Source: a virus
Length of the DNA: 64,000 bases
Reading direction: 5' to 3' (one strand)
IMG/VR virus record: IMGVR_UViG_3300027896_000024
Coordinates: 18,929-82,928 of that record
In this document: one piece after another, positions 1-9,037 of the stretch
How the letters are laid out: every line of letters begins with the position of its first letter
Position numbering within the stretch: the first letter of the stretch is position 1
Notes under the pieces: model-generated
The model's input: only the letters and a program-made list of their open reading frames with translations
Database searches by the model: none
Told to the model about the DNA's origin: nothing
Made by a program: the position numbers and the translations under genes

Positions 1-711
1 CGGGATCTGATAACAAATATGCGGTATGCCCCTCACGGCAAAGTAAAGGTGTACTGCATAGATGAAGTCCACCAGTTGACTGCCGATGCGGCCAACGCCC
101 TGTTAAAAGTATTCGAGGATGGTATCGGCGGAAACTACGTTATTTTATGTACTACGGAACCGAACAAGGTTCTGCCTACTCTGCGGACTCGTGCCGTCAC
201 GTTTGCGATGAAGGAATGGACTCTAGATGAGGCCACAACCGCCGCAGAGGAGGTGTTTGCTGGTGAGGGATTCACCAAGATTTCAGAGGGGCAAATCAGT
301 AAGTTTGTTCAACGCATGATGGATATTGAGCAGTTGTCGCCTCGTGCGTTTTTGAATGCAATCGATGAGGTGATCTCATCGGGATCGCTGGCAGTTCTAT
401 CATCTGTCGGTGGATTTGATGCGGACACGTTAGCGATTTGTCGGGCTGTTGCTTCTGGTGACTGGGACACGATCCGGAGGATAGTCGAAGATCGGGAGGA
501 TCTGGATTCGGACCGTATGCGGGCGGCTGTTTGTGGATTCCTACGGAAGCGGTTGTTAGCGCAGGACCAGGGAACATTGGCCGCAGCGTATGCAGAGGCG
601 TTAATCCTACTTGCTTGGCACAGTTCAGAAGTGACGGGTAAGTACAGCATACTGGGAAGGATTTATGAAGCTACGGAAGCAATTTCGAAGGCATCGAATG
701 AGTCAGACTAA
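1..711 (+). CDS. dnaX: DNA polymerase III gamma/tau-like clamp loader (AAA+), 5' partial
   Basis: Walker B IDEVHQLT followed by AANALLK..E and ILCTTEPNKVLPTLRTR (SRC-like); frame is open to the window edge. Confidence 0.8.
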   Translation, partial: RDLITNMRYAPHGKVKVYCIDEVHQLTADAANALLKVFEDGIGGNYVILCTTEPNKVLPTLRTRAVTFAMKEWTLDEATTAAEEVFAGEGFTKISEGQISKFVQRMMDIEQLSPRAFLNAIDEVISSGSLAVLSSVGGFDADTLAICRAVASGDWDTIRRIVEDREDLDSDRMRAAVCGFLRKRLLAQDQGTLAAAYAEALILLAWHSSEVTGKYSILGRIYEATEAISKASNESD

Positions 712-913
712 TCGTTCCGTTCCGCTGAACGAACTCATGCTCGTATCAGATATTGTGACAGCCACGGGCCGTTCGCGAGTTGCGGTGTATAACATGATTG
801 AGCGAGGCCGTTTGGTGCCGGCATGGGTATTCGATAACGGGATTATGTTGTTCCTGAAAACGGAACTGGAAAACTTTGAATGGCCGAAACCGGGGAGACC
901 AAAAAAATCATGA
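698..913 (+). CDS. small helix-turn-helix DNA-binding protein (AlpA/Xis-like)
   Basis: DIVTATGRSRVAVYNMIERGRL HTH pattern; basic C-terminal KPGRPKKS. Confidence 0.6.
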   Translation: MSQTNRSVPLNELMLVSDIVTATGRSRVAVYNMIERGRLVPAWVFDNGIMLFLKTELENFEWPKPGRPKKS

Positions 914-1620
914 TAGCGATGGCGCATCCAGGATTAGAAAGGCAGTTAGGAGTTAATGGGGTAGTTTTGTTCTCTGGTGGCTTGGACTCGGCAGTAGTCC
1001 TGGCCTATGCACAAAGAACGGTAAATAAGGTGACTGCACTGTGCGTGAGTTATGGCCAGTCGTCACCGGAACTGAACTTCGCAATTCAGTTTTGCAACAG
1101 GCTAGGAATCGATTTTCGGATTGCTGAAATCGGTGGCATGTTTCAGGGTAGAGTAGCTCTGACTCAGGACGCTGAGCTTCCGACTTCGGATCCGAAATCA
1201 GAGGAGCAAAAAGTAACGGTTGTTCCGAATCGAAATGGCGTCCTGTTGATGCTGGGAGTTGCGGAAGCAATTATGACCGGAGCATCGAGGGTTTATTCGG
1301 GAATCCAATCGGGAGGTAGAATGCTGTATCCAGATAATCGACTAGATTATCTGGAGTGCTTGACTAAGGCGGCGTTTCTGGCAAACGACGAGTATCCAAT
1401 CGAACTTAGGCATCCGTTCTGCGGTGCGTGCAAATCAGAAATCGTAAGAGTAGGATCAGTGCTGGGAGTTCCTTTTGAACTGACTTGTTCTTGCTACCGG
1501 CGCTCTGTTGACAATCCGTTTGCATCACAACATTGCGGAGTATGCAAAGCGTGCCAAACAAGGAGAGCGGCATTTATTGAGGCGGGCGTTGAGGATCCTA
1601 CGGAGTACGAAAAGCCGTAA
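910..1620 (+). CDS. queC: 7-cyano-7-deazaguanine synthase
   Basis: SGGLDS PP-loop, VPNRN, YPDNR, C-terminal CY...CGVCKAC zinc motif. Confidence 0.92.
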   Translation: MIAMAHPGLERQLGVNGVVLFSGGLDSAVVLAYAQRTVNKVTALCVSYGQSSPELNFAIQFCNRLGIDFRIAEIGGMFQGRVALTQDAELPTSDPKSEEQKVTVVPNRNGVLLMLGVAEAIMTGASRVYSGIQSGGRMLYPDNRLDYLECLTKAAFLANDEYPIELRHPFCGACKSEIVRVGSVLGVPFELTCSCYRRSVDNPFASQHCGVCKACQTRRAAFIEAGVEDPTEYEKP

Positions 1621-1650
1621 TTTTAGTAGCTCGAAGTTGCGTGAAGGACG

Positions 1651-1694
1651 GGCGAGCCCTATATTTAGTGCGTCTAAAGGGCTCGCCATTTTTT
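1651..1694 (+). terminator. intrinsic terminator after queC
   Basis: GGCGAGCCCT/AGGGCTCGCC 10-bp stem followed by ATTTTTT. Confidence 0.75.
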
Positions 1695-1811
1695 ATGCCC
1701 GTGATTATCAACGTAGGCAAATCGATCTAGTAGGCCAAAAGGCCCCGAAATTATTTTTAGTCCGGACGGTAAAGCACTGGATTTGTAGCCGAATCCGGTT
1801 CGAAATAATCG

Positions 1812-1840
1812 TTGACAAGTATCTATATTTATTCCATAAT
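1812..1840 (+). promoter_or_regulatory. strong sigma70-type promoter driving the ribozyme-punctuated unit
   Basis: TTGACA (1812-1817), 17-nt spacer, CATAAT (1835-1840) in AT-rich context. Confidence 0.8.
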
Positions 1841-1845
1841 ATAGG

Positions 1846-2490
1846 CGAGGTTAAGGATATGAGAACGAGAACAAGCAAAAGGGAAACAAACCAAAGGCCA
1901 GAGGGGACAAGAAACCCGTCCTCGACCGGCGCGGCTTTCCCGGAGGTGGGGTTCTCGTCGAGCTTGAGCAGCCATCGCACCCTAGTTTTCTAGGCGCAGG
2001 TGGCACGGCGATCGATGATCCTAATTCGGGCTTTTGAGACTCCAAGCCGGGGCGACACGGTGAACCCGGAAGGAACAAATCGGAGAAAGCGGCTAGGTCG
2101 GCCTTAAGACTTTCACCTAAAGAAATCAGGCGAGTAGGGGAAAAGAGAGACGGGGAGACCCGGAGCATCGCGAAATCCTTTTCCAGCAAAAAGCCGGGTG
2201 AATAAAGGATCCGAGCAAAGCGAATCTGAGAGACGGCCAAATGACCCAGTGAGGGGAGGTCGTAAACCAGATGAGTCGAGCGGAGTTCCTGGAAGGGGTA
2301 ACGTCCCTAATTAGAGCGTGGGTACCTGAAAAATTCTTTCCCGTTTTGGTGGTCCGGTGGAAGGGATAAAATCTAAGGTTAGCTAATTAGCAAAAGCGAT
2401 AGACTCCGACCGCAAGTGCAGAGTTCCCGGCTATGCGGACGCCAAGCGAAAGCTCGGTAGGTTTTCTCTCAAATCTCCTGTCGAGTTTTA
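1846..2490 (+). ncRNA. candidate large structured non-coding leader RNA
   Basis: ~640 nt between the promoter and twister copy 1 with no convincing + strand gene; several hairpins (GCCATCGCACCCTAG-TTTT-CTAGGCGCAGGTGGC, CGGG-GAGA-CCCG, AGC-GAAA-GCT). Confidence 0.45.
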
Positions 2491-2551
2491 GCAGAGGGCA
2501 ATCAGGTTGTGAGACCTGGTTGTAATGCACGGTTAGGTCCCAAGTCCTAAC
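2491..2551 (+). ncRNA. twister ribozyme, permuted (open at P5 position), copy 1; predicted cut 2523/2524
   Basis: GCA GAGGG; P1 CAATCAGGT/ACCTGGTTG; TAA TGC AC; P4 GTTAGG-TCCCAA GT-CCTAAC. Confidence 0.88.
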
Positions 2552-2570
2552 ATCAAAAGGAGAGAACAAC

Positions 2571-2744
2571 ATGAAAAACAAAACATGGCCAAACGAAAAA
2601 GACGTTTGCTATGATTGCGGAAGCAACATTCCAGGACATCATACTCCGTCATGCGATTTTGCGGAACCTGATGACAAGCGCGATTTACCTGAGCAGCCTG
2701 GTACTCAATGGTGGACACGTGAAGTACCTGCGGAGTTGAAATAG
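2571..2744 (+). CDS. hypothetical 57-aa protein with CxxC..HH...C
   Basis: AAGGAGAG RBS; MKNKTWPNEKDVCYDCGS...; TAG stop overlaps ribozyme copy 2 (below ORF-track cutoff). Confidence 0.7.
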   Translation: MKNKTWPNEKDVCYDCGSNIPGHHTPSCDFAEPDDKRDLPEQPGTQWWTREVPAELK

Positions 2745-2808
2745 CAGAGGGCCGGCGTAAGCCGGTAATGCACTTGCCGGGGGCACCGGCAATCGGTCCC
2801 AAGTCCGA
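2744..2808 (+). ncRNA. twister ribozyme copy 2 (with P3); cut 2766/2767
   Basis: P1 CCGGC-GTAA-GCCGG; TAATGC AC; P3 TTGCCGG/CCGGCAA; P4 TCGG-TCCCAA GT-CCGA. Confidence 0.88.
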
Positions 2809-2854
2809 ACAAGCACAGGGAACAAAACAACACAAAAAGAAAGAGAGAAATCAA

Positions 2855-3229
2855 ATGACGACTTCGAAAAATACGACCACTGCAACCGCAACTGCAACCG
2901 CTCCTGAAACCACGGCCCCGGCAGCAGCTCCAAAGGCTCCGACCCAGGCCAAACCGGTCGCCACCAAGAAAGCGGCCGTCAAGAAGGTCTTTATCTTCGT
3001 CGCGGTGGAACCGGACCTGTACCGGCTCACAATCGGATCGAACGCGGACTCGTCCAAGATTCGTAAGCTGCGTAATCACAACGCCAAGGAGATCAAGCAG
3101 GCTGTTGAGAACGCTTCGAACTTCGCGGGCCGGCCGCCCAAGCCGATCACGTTGAAGAAAGCGGATCTGAGCAAGTTCGGTCCCAAGGCCGCGCCGTTCA
3201 CGGGTTTGAAGGCTTTCCGGATTGCGTAG
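2855..3229 (+). CDS. hypothetical basic protein with Thr/Ala-rich N-terminus
   Basis: MTTSKNTT...; purine-rich RBS region after copy 2. Confidence 0.7.
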   Translation: MTTSKNTTTATATATAPETTAPAAAPKAPTQAKPVATKKAAVKKVFIFVAVEPDLYRLTIGSNADSSKIRKLRNHNAKEIKQAVENASNFAGRPPKPITLKKADLSKFGPKAAPFTGLKAFRIA

Positions 3230-3234
3230 TTCCT

Positions 3235-3291
3235 GCAGAGGGGGTCGGCTTCGGCCGACCTAATGCACATGCTGGGTCCCAAGTCCCAGCA
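3235..3291 (+). ncRNA. twister ribozyme copy 3; cut 3261/3262
   Basis: P1 GGTCGGC-TTCG-GCCGACC; TAATGC AC; P4 TGCTGGG-TCCCAA GT-CCCAGCA. Confidence 0.9.
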
Positions 3292-3311
3292 CTTCAAAAA
3301 GGAGAGACAAC

Positions 3312-3452
3312 ATGAAGAAGTTCTTTATTTGGTTATTTCTGATGTGGGCCGTACTTCACTTCGGAGCCAAGTGGGGCAAGGAAAACCAGGCGAAGGTGGA
3401 ACAGCAGATTCACGAGTCAGGAATATTCCAGGTTGCGAATATCAACAAATAG
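3312..3452 (+). CDS. 46-aa membrane-anchored peptide
   Basis: GGAGAG RBS; MKKFFIWLFLMWAVLHFGAKW hydrophobic N-terminus; TAG overlaps copy 4. Confidence 0.65.
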   Translation: MKKFFIWLFLMWAVLHFGAKWGKENQAKVEQQIHESGIFQVANINK

Positions 3453-3509
3453 CAGAGGGCCAGGGTTCACGTCCCTGGTAATGCGGTAGGTCGGTCCCAA
3501 GCCCCGACC
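3452..3509 (+). ncRNA. twister ribozyme copy 4; cut 3479/3480
   Basis: P1 CCAGGG/CCCTGG; TAATGC GGT pairs with loop GCC (compensatory); P4 GGTCGG/CCGACC. Confidence 0.85.
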
Positions 3510-3590
3510 ACAACGAATCATTCATTCCACAACACAACAAAACGGCCCAGGGCAAGGTAGGGCTGGAAAACCACAAAAGGAGAGACAACA

Positions 3591-4055
3591 ATGACCGAGA
3601 TCAAAACAAACAAAGGCACGTTTGAACTACCGGCCGGTGTTACCTTATCGGATTTAAAATATCCGTCTTGGAAAAGTTCCAAGCGGTTTGATTATTCCGA
3701 GGTTACCAAGCTGGGCCTGGATCATTCGGATTTGGAGTTAGATTTCTGGTACGTAAATTCAATTGGCTGGTGCCTTCCGACTTTACTTATTCACAGGGCC
3801 GGACGGAGATCAGCACCGGGAACAACGGACAGAACGTATGCGGTTGGTGTAAACGGAAATCATTACCGCATCGGCCATGGACCACACGTTCAGGCTGAGG
3901 TTAAGGTGTACGTCAACAAGGCAAATTTGGATCGCCTTCGAAAGTACATCGACCTTCGGAAGTCGGGTGCGGTACACGCCAACGAAACCCGGGATCGCAT
4001 TTCAACACGGCGTATGAACACTATGAATCGTCGGAGCAGCTTATTTGGATTTTAG
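3591..4055 (+). CDS. hypothetical protein
   Basis: 154-aa ORF with AGGAGAG RBS; TAG overlaps copy 5. Confidence 0.75.
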   Translation: MTEIKTNKGTFELPAGVTLSDLKYPSWKSSKRFDYSEVTKLGLDHSDLELDFWYVNSIGWCLPTLLIHRAGRRSAPGTTDRTYAVGVNGNHYRIGHGPHVQAEVKVYVNKANLDRLRKYIDLRKSGAVHANETRDRISTRRMNTMNRRSSLFGF

Positions 4056-4120
4056 CAGAGGGGGGCCGAAAGGCCCTAATGCCCACCGGATATAGGATCC
4101 GGTCAGGTCCCAAGGCCTGA
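4055..4120 (+). ncRNA. twister ribozyme copy 5 (with P3); cut 4077/4078
   Basis: P1 GGGCC-GAAA-GGCCC; TAATGC CC pairs with loop GG (compensatory); P3 ACCGGAT/ATCCGGT; P4 CAGG/CCTG. Confidence 0.9.
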
Positions 4121-4158
4121 GGGTATTACCAAAAAAGAGAGATTAAGGAGACAATACA

Positions 4159-4878
4159 ATGAGCAAAAAGCAGAATAACGGCACTGATGATGAATCATTG
4201 GTATTCGCTGGCAAGGAGCTCACGTTGGAAGATGAGATGAACATTCTCAAGGGCGGGACAGTAGGCCTGGAACAGTTCCTCGAAAACTTCCAGTTTCTGA
4301 TTTTCGTCCTGGACGAGTCGGGTTCGATGCAAGACCGGCTGCCGAGTGGAGATACTCCGAAGCGTGAGGTTCAGAAGCGGATTATCAAACGGTATGTGGA
4401 CGAGAAGATCGGACGCAAGGCCGGCACGATGAAGATCGGTGTTGTCAGCTTCGATGATGAAGCGTCCGTTTGGCTCCAGGGTTCGTCGGATCCGGTTGCA
4501 ATCAAGGCCGCGGCGGACCAGTGCAGGGGCGGTGGCGGTACGCACCTCGGGCGCGGAATTCTCAAGGGTCTTTCATTACTCCACCGGATGAAAGATTATA
4601 TTCCCCGTCTCGTTCTTACGTCGGATGGTGAGGCACATGATCCGGCTCAGGCAATCGCCGGAGCGGAAGCGGCCAAGGCCAAGGGCGTCGTAATCGACAC
4701 GGTGTACATTGGCCCTGGTGGGGGCGGTGACGTATATGCGGATAATGCGGCTGATCTTATGCGGAGAATCGCTGAGATCACCGGCGGCGTGTTCGAGCGC
4801 GTAAACAATCAGTCGGAATTCGAAACCAAGTTTTTCGATGTGATCAAGCGCCCGTTGCTTGCAACCAGTTTGAAGTAG
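4159..4878 (+). CDS. von Willebrand factor A (vWA) domain protein
   Basis: MIDAS motif LDESGSM, GGGT, LTSDG, IDTVYIG, IAEITGG. Confidence 0.85.
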   Translation: MSKKQNNGTDDESLVFAGKELTLEDEMNILKGGTVGLEQFLENFQFLIFVLDESGSMQDRLPSGDTPKREVQKRIIKRYVDEKIGRKAGTMKIGVVSFDDEASVWLQGSSDPVAIKAAADQCRGGGGTHLGRGILKGLSLLHRMKDYIPRLVLTSDGEAHDPAQAIAGAEAAKAKGVVIDTVYIGPGGGGDVYADNAADLMRRIAEITGGVFERVNNQSEFETKFFDVIKRPLLATSLK

Positions 4879-4883
4879 TCCTC

Positions 4884-4936
4884 GCAGAGGGGGGCCGGTA
4901 ACGGCCCTAATGCACGGGCCGGTCCCAAGTCCGGTC
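4884..4936 (+). ncRNA. twister ribozyme copy 6; cut 4908/4909
   Basis: P1 GGGCCG-GTAA-CGGCCC; TAATGC AC; P4 GGCCGG-TCCCAA GT-CCGGTC. Confidence 0.9.
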
Positions 4937-4969
4937 GTCATTACAAACCACAAAAAGGAGAGAACGATC

Positions 4970-5671
4970 ATGGTATATGCTGATGATTTTCCAGAGCAAC
5001 AAAAACAACAGGAAGCGCGGAAAGCGGCTATTAGGGCTCACAGGGCCGAGATGGACGCTAAGATCGAACAGTGCACGTTGGCCTTAGTCGTCGCGTTGGA
5101 AAACTATGGCCACAAGGTAGAACGGCATGGGCACAAGCAGGACGACAAAGTGATCCTCGGCGACATCTATCATATTGACGGGGTGTACTTTTGGGATCTG
5201 CAGTTCTACGAACAAGGGCTTTACGCTCCTGGTGGATATCTCAGGGGTGCCGGAAATGGTAAACTGGCATTGCATTATCAGGATCCGAATTCAGTGCTTC
5301 AAAGGCGCGTTATCATTCGTGAGAAGAAAAGCGGTTTTGATTACAACACAATCGCCGCTACGTTGATAGCCTTGGCAGCCCCGTTAATACCGGCTGCTAA
5401 GGAACGGTTGGAGCGGGAAGCGAAGCAGGCCGAGGCCAACGCCAAAGCGGAACAGATCCGGGACATGGCGAGCGCTTTACAGCAACAGTTTCGGAGCAAA
5501 ACGTTGACGAACTTGAGTATTCAATATCAGAACTGGTGCGGCAAATTTGAGGTTTCGTTCAATACGGAGACCTTGGAAGAGGCGCAAGCAATTCTGAGCC
5601 GGTTGGTTCCGAATAAAACGGAATCGCCCGACGACGCAATCGAAGAAGCGAGGCGTAGAATACACGGTTAG
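4970..5671 (+). CDS. hypothetical protein
   Basis: start MVYADD after AAGGAGAG RBS; TAG overlaps copy 7. Confidence 0.75.
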   Translation: MVYADDFPEQQKQQEARKAAIRAHRAEMDAKIEQCTLALVVALENYGHKVERHGHKQDDKVILGDIYHIDGVYFWDLQFYEQGLYAPGGYLRGAGNGKLALHYQDPNSVLQRRVIIREKKSGFDYNTIAATLIALAAPLIPAAKERLEREAKQAEANAKAEQIRDMASALQQQFRSKTLTNLSIQYQNWCGKFEVSFNTETLEEAQAILSRLVPNKTESPDDAIEEARRRIHG

Positions 5672-5745
5672 CAGAGGGGGGCGAGCTAACACAGTCGCCC
5701 TAATGCACTAGTACATTCTTTAAGTACTAATGGTCCCAAGTCCAT
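5671..5745 (+). ncRNA. twister ribozyme copy 7 (with P3); cut 5701/5702
   Basis: P1 GGGCGA/TCGCCC; TAATGC AC; P3 TAGTAC/GTACTA; P4 ATGG/CCAT. Confidence 0.87.
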
Positions 5746-5773
5746 AAACAAAAAAGAGAGAAGAGGAGATAAC

Positions 5774-6538
5774 ATGAACCCAAGGAAGCTGTTGGCACAG
5801 CTCAGGCGGGTGTATTCACAGTTTACCAAAATGGCTAAGCAGCCGATCGAGGACAGGAACAAGTTGCTCGTATCTGCGGTGGCCATAATGGATGCTGTAG
5901 TGCGCCTGGCAATTGTTCAATACAAATCGCAACTGCCTCAGAACGCGGCCAAGCTTTTCGATATCGCGGGAAAGTGCAGAGCTAGGGCGATGAGTACAAC
6001 ATTCAACGAAGAGAAGGATTTATCACTTCGGATAGCACTTCTGAAAATGGAACAAATGATTCCCATGTTAAGCCCGCCGGCGTTTCAGCTCTATATTGAC
6101 AAGTTCAATCTTAGGGCGTCGGCACATAAAGAGGGCAAGTCGGCCAAAGGTCCCAAAGCACCACGGGCACCAAGAACACCGGCGAGCGCCCAGCCTCAAA
6201 ATCAGTATGGTGTACGGCGGAAGTTTTCTCCGGTGCCTCAAATAGTACCGGTTGGTTCGCCGCTGATTATCAACATTCTATTTGCTAATCTAAAGACCCC
6301 GTTCAGGGCGTCTTCGGCAAAGGCAAAGGCATTTCGTTTCTGGTTCGAGGACTTCCGTACTAAGGAAGAGGTCGCTCAATACCTGAACCAGGTTACCAAC
6401 GGGAAGGGCAAATCGCTAGTCTGGTTACTCTGGAACAAGAGGAACGGCGGCGACGAGTCGATGCACTGGTCGTTTATTCAAAAGGGCAACAAGAGCAAGC
6501 TGGTTGTATGCGATCCGACCAAGCTTCCGAAACCATAG
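5774..6538 (+). CDS. hypothetical protein; C-terminal domain paralogous to 15377-16192
   Basis: 254 aa; TPFRASSAKAKAF...GGDESMHW. Confidence 0.75.
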   Translation: MNPRKLLAQLRRVYSQFTKMAKQPIEDRNKLLVSAVAIMDAVVRLAIVQYKSQLPQNAAKLFDIAGKCRARAMSTTFNEEKDLSLRIALLKMEQMIPMLSPPAFQLYIDKFNLRASAHKEGKSAKGPKAPRAPRTPASAQPQNQYGVRRKFSPVPQIVPVGSPLIINILFANLKTPFRASSAKAKAFRFWFEDFRTKEEVAQYLNQVTNGKGKSLVWLLWNKRNGGDESMHWSFIQKGNKSKLVVCDPTKLPKP

Positions 6539-6601
6539 CAGAGGGGCAGCAGGCCTGAGGAACCTGCTGCTAATGCACATTCCGGGTCCCAAGTCCCGGA
6601 A
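6538..6601 (+). ncRNA. twister ribozyme copy 8; cut 6571/6572
   Basis: P1 GCAGCAGG/CCTGCTGC; TAATGC AC; P4 TTCCGGG/CCCGGAA. Confidence 0.9.
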
Positions 6602-6621
6602 CACAAAAAGGAGAGAGCAAC

Positions 6622-6840
6622 ATGGCAGAGATTTTGAAGTGCGAGAAATGCGGCCAAAAGAATAGGGTCGATATATCGCGTTTAGCTCAGTCTATGTGTG
6701 CTAAGTGCGGTTGTCCTTTATTTATTCGGCCAGCACCCGGAAGAGATCTTATTGGAGATCTGGCCAACAAGCTGGAAGCGGCAGCTAAGAATGAGAGGTT
6801 CCGTAGAACGCAGGAATACATTTATAGAAGTCGTAACTAA
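6622..6840 (+). CDS. zinc-ribbon protein (TrxC N-terminus-like CxxC..QKNRV..CxxC)
   Basis: CEKCGQKNRV...CAKCG. Confidence 0.7.
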   Translation: MAEILKCEKCGQKNRVDISRLAQSMCAKCGCPLFIRPAPGRDLIGDLANKLEAAAKNERFRRTQEYIYRSRN

Positions 6841-6893
6841 GCAGAGGGGGGCCGAAAGGCCCTAATGCACGGCTTCGGTCCCAAGTCCGAAGC
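6841..6893 (+). ncRNA. twister ribozyme copy 9; cut 6863/6864
   Basis: P1 GGGCC-GAAA-GGCCC; TAATGC AC; P4 GCTTCGG/CCGAAGC. Confidence 0.9.
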
Positions 6894-6916
6894 GTCATTA
6901 CAAAAAGGGAGACAAC

Positions 6917-7390
6917 ATGGAACCAAGACAGTTCGAGGCACAATGCTACAAAACACTGGAAGAGTACGATCGTACTTATTTCGGCAGCGTAGGCAGCGTG
7001 ATCGGGATTCGCCTTACTCGGTTTGCTAGAGATTACGAAGCACTCCAGCAGTTCGAGGCAATAACGCGAAAACGATTCGGGTTGGTTATGGTGACGCTGG
7101 GTATGTACGATTCGGAGTCTCGCCTGGTGTATCTTAATTACCACGTCAGGCACCTGGTAAATAAAGGCTACTTTACCACGGAGTTGCGGGCGGTCTTATA
7201 CCATGAGTTGATTCATGCGGTCTTGTGCAATGCGCATCAGCCTATCAGGTTAGGGCTGTACCGCTGTTATTCACAAGGCGGCCACGGACCTGCTTTTCAA
7301 AAGCTCTGGAACAGTAATAATGAGCTTCGAGAGGTAAACGTGCAGCCGTTATGTTCCGCGGTTTGGGACAGAATGGAGAAGCGGCTATGA
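6917..7390 (+). CDS. SprT-like zinc metalloprotease
   Basis: LYHELIH (HExxH) plus downstream HGPAFQ. Confidence 0.7.
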   Translation: MEPRQFEAQCYKTLEEYDRTYFGSVGSVIGIRLTRFARDYEALQQFEAITRKRFGLVMVTLGMYDSESRLVYLNYHVRHLVNKGYFTTELRAVLYHELIHAVLCNAHQPIRLGLYRCYSQGGHGPAFQKLWNSNNELREVNVQPLCSAVWDRMEKRL

Positions 7391-7968
7391 ACATCCAGGC
7401 GTTTTTCGATCAGCTTAAACTCGAACTCTCATTACTTAAACACACGGTGGATGATGAGTTCGAGATGTTTGATAATAGGCCGCTTCGGTTAACGGTCGCA
7501 GGTTCCTTGGGATCAGATTCCCAGGCAATCGCATTCGGTTTCTACGGAGATCGAAAAGTGCTTCGGGGTGCTATGAGCCCCGAGGCTATTGCTTCCGCGA
7601 TCCATATGTATCTGCAAACCAGGAACGTAGGTACCGGGGCAAAACCACAACCGAACAGAGACATTCTCAATACCAAACGGCCGTACGATCAGTACAAACA
7701 GTCACAGCAACAAAGACCTCATACAAAACCGATCAAGCCTCAGGAACCTAAACGTCGAGTTTGGGCAATGGGGCCGTCACAGTTTCAGGGTACACCGCTA
7801 GACCAGTTAAGGTTGGCGGACTTCGATGGTAAGGTTCAAACAGTCACAGTCAAGGGTGAGATCAAGACGGCATCAGACCTGGTGTTGGCGGACTTGCCCG
7901 AAAAACAACAGCTTATGCTCAAGATACTTGAGCGGGCACTCAATAGGTTGAACAAACAGTTATCCTAA
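7387..7968 (+). CDS. hypothetical protein
   Basis: ATGA overlap with the upstream stop. Confidence 0.65.
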   Translation: MNIQAFFDQLKLELSLLKHTVDDEFEMFDNRPLRLTVAGSLGSDSQAIAFGFYGDRKVLRGAMSPEAIASAIHMYLQTRNVGTGAKPQPNRDILNTKRPYDQYKQSQQQRPHTKPIKPQEPKRRVWAMGPSQFQGTPLDQLRLADFDGKVQTVTVKGEIKTASDLVLADLPEKQQLMLKILERALNRLNKQLS

Positions 7969-7983
7969 AAAGGAGAGAACAAC

Positions 7984-8385
7984 ATGGCTAAGCGAGTTTT
8001 GACTTGCGGTAATGAGGATTGCAAGCAAAAGAATAACGTCGATATGGACCGCCTGAAGGCGGCCTACTGCGGGAAGTGCTCGTTTCCGATGTACATGGCC
8101 GTCGAACTCCAAGTTCGTGAGGACGAGGAGGAGGAATCGGTCGATGATCTGATTGACGAAATGGCCGGTGCGGAAGAGGACGATGAACCGGAAGAGGACG
8201 AGGAAGATGATTCGGAAGAGGAAGCCGAGGAAATCTTTCTCTGCCCGCTTTGTGGACAGACTGAGGTACCTGAGGAAGGGCGGGCCTGCTCCAAGTGCCT
8301 AGCCGCTCAGAAAAAAGCGGCCAAGGGCAAGGCAGGGGCGAAAAAACCCGCATCCAAGGGCAAGACCAAACCGAAAGTAAACTAG
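7984..8385 (+). CDS. double zinc-ribbon protein with acidic linker
   Basis: CGNEDCKQKNNV..CGKC, D/E tract, CPLC..CSKC; TAG overlaps copy 10. Confidence 0.75.
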   Translation: MAKRVLTCGNEDCKQKNNVDMDRLKAAYCGKCSFPMYMAVELQVREDEEEESVDDLIDEMAGAEEDDEPEEDEEDDSEEEAEEIFLCPLCGQTEVPEEGRACSKCLAAQKKAAKGKAGAKKPASKGKTKPKVN

Positions 8386-8443
8386 CAGAGGGGACCGGGC
8401 CAGCACGGCCGGTCTAATGCGCAGTCCCGGTCCCAAGTCCGGG
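8385..8443 (+). ncRNA. twister ribozyme copy 10; cut 8415/8416
   Basis: P1 GACCGG/CCGGTC; TAATGC GC; P4 CCCGG-TCCCAA GT-CCGGG. Confidence 0.87.
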
Positions 8444-8492
8444 GCGCATTGTTAGTACTAACATTCATTCTCACAAAAGGGAGAAAACGAAC

Positions 8493-8681
8493 ATGGCAAT
8501 CAGTGCTGAAATCAAGGGCAAGAATTTGGTAGTGACGATTCCGGTTAACGATCCGCCTGAGCCTTCCGGTTCCGGCAAGTCGTTGGTGGTTGCGTCTTCG
8601 CACGGCAATCAGGAGACGACCTGCAAGGTGAACGGGAAGAACCTGGTGATCGGCCTGAACGCTTACATCCGCAACAAGTAG
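8493..8681 (+). CDS. small hypothetical protein
   Basis: PSGSGKSLVVASSHGN..IGLNAY; good RBS. Confidence 0.75.
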   Translation: MAISAEIKGKNLVVTIPVNDPPEPSGSGKSLVVASSHGNQETTCKVNGKNLVIGLNAYIRNK

Positions 8682-8740
8682 GCAGAGGGGGGCGGGCTAG
8701 TATAGCCGCCCTAATGCACAAGCCGGTCCCAAGTTCGGCT
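8682..8740 (+). ncRNA. twister ribozyme copy 11; cut 8712/8713
   Basis: P1 GGGCGG/CCGCCC; TAATGC AC; P4 AGCCGG/TCGGCT. Confidence 0.87.
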
Positions 8741-8760
8741 ATTCAAAAAGGAGAGAACCT

Positions 8761-9027
8761 ATGGTACACGTTCCAAGGCAGTTGACTACGGAAGAGGCTA
8801 TCATCGAGGCGTACGAGCTTACCTGGGATCAAATAGCCCCAGATATTCTAGGTCGCGATGAGACCGCCAGCGTCGATCGGGACACCGTCATGGATTGCTG
8901 CGCGGATCACGTTCGTATTCACGGCGCTATGTCCAAGGAAGTAGAGGCAGCGTACAAGCTGCTATCCTGGGAAGAAAAGAAGCGGTTGCTCAGGAAGGCG
9001 TTCCCGCACAAGACGTACGGATACTAG
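8761..9027 (+). CDS. hypothetical protein
   Basis: AAGGAGAG RBS, 88 aa. Confidence 0.7.
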   Translation: MVHVPRQLTTEEAIIEAYELTWDQIAPDILGRDETASVDRDTVMDCCADHVRIHGAMSKEVEAAYKLLSWEEKKRLLRKAFPHKTYGY

Positions 9028-9037
9028 GGAGGTTTAT

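Noticed and set aside
1508-2581. ORFs 1508-1993, 1708-1980, 1851-2240 and 2387-2581
   Set aside because: They span terminator, promoter or ribozyme sequence, lack RBSs and have no recognisable motifs.
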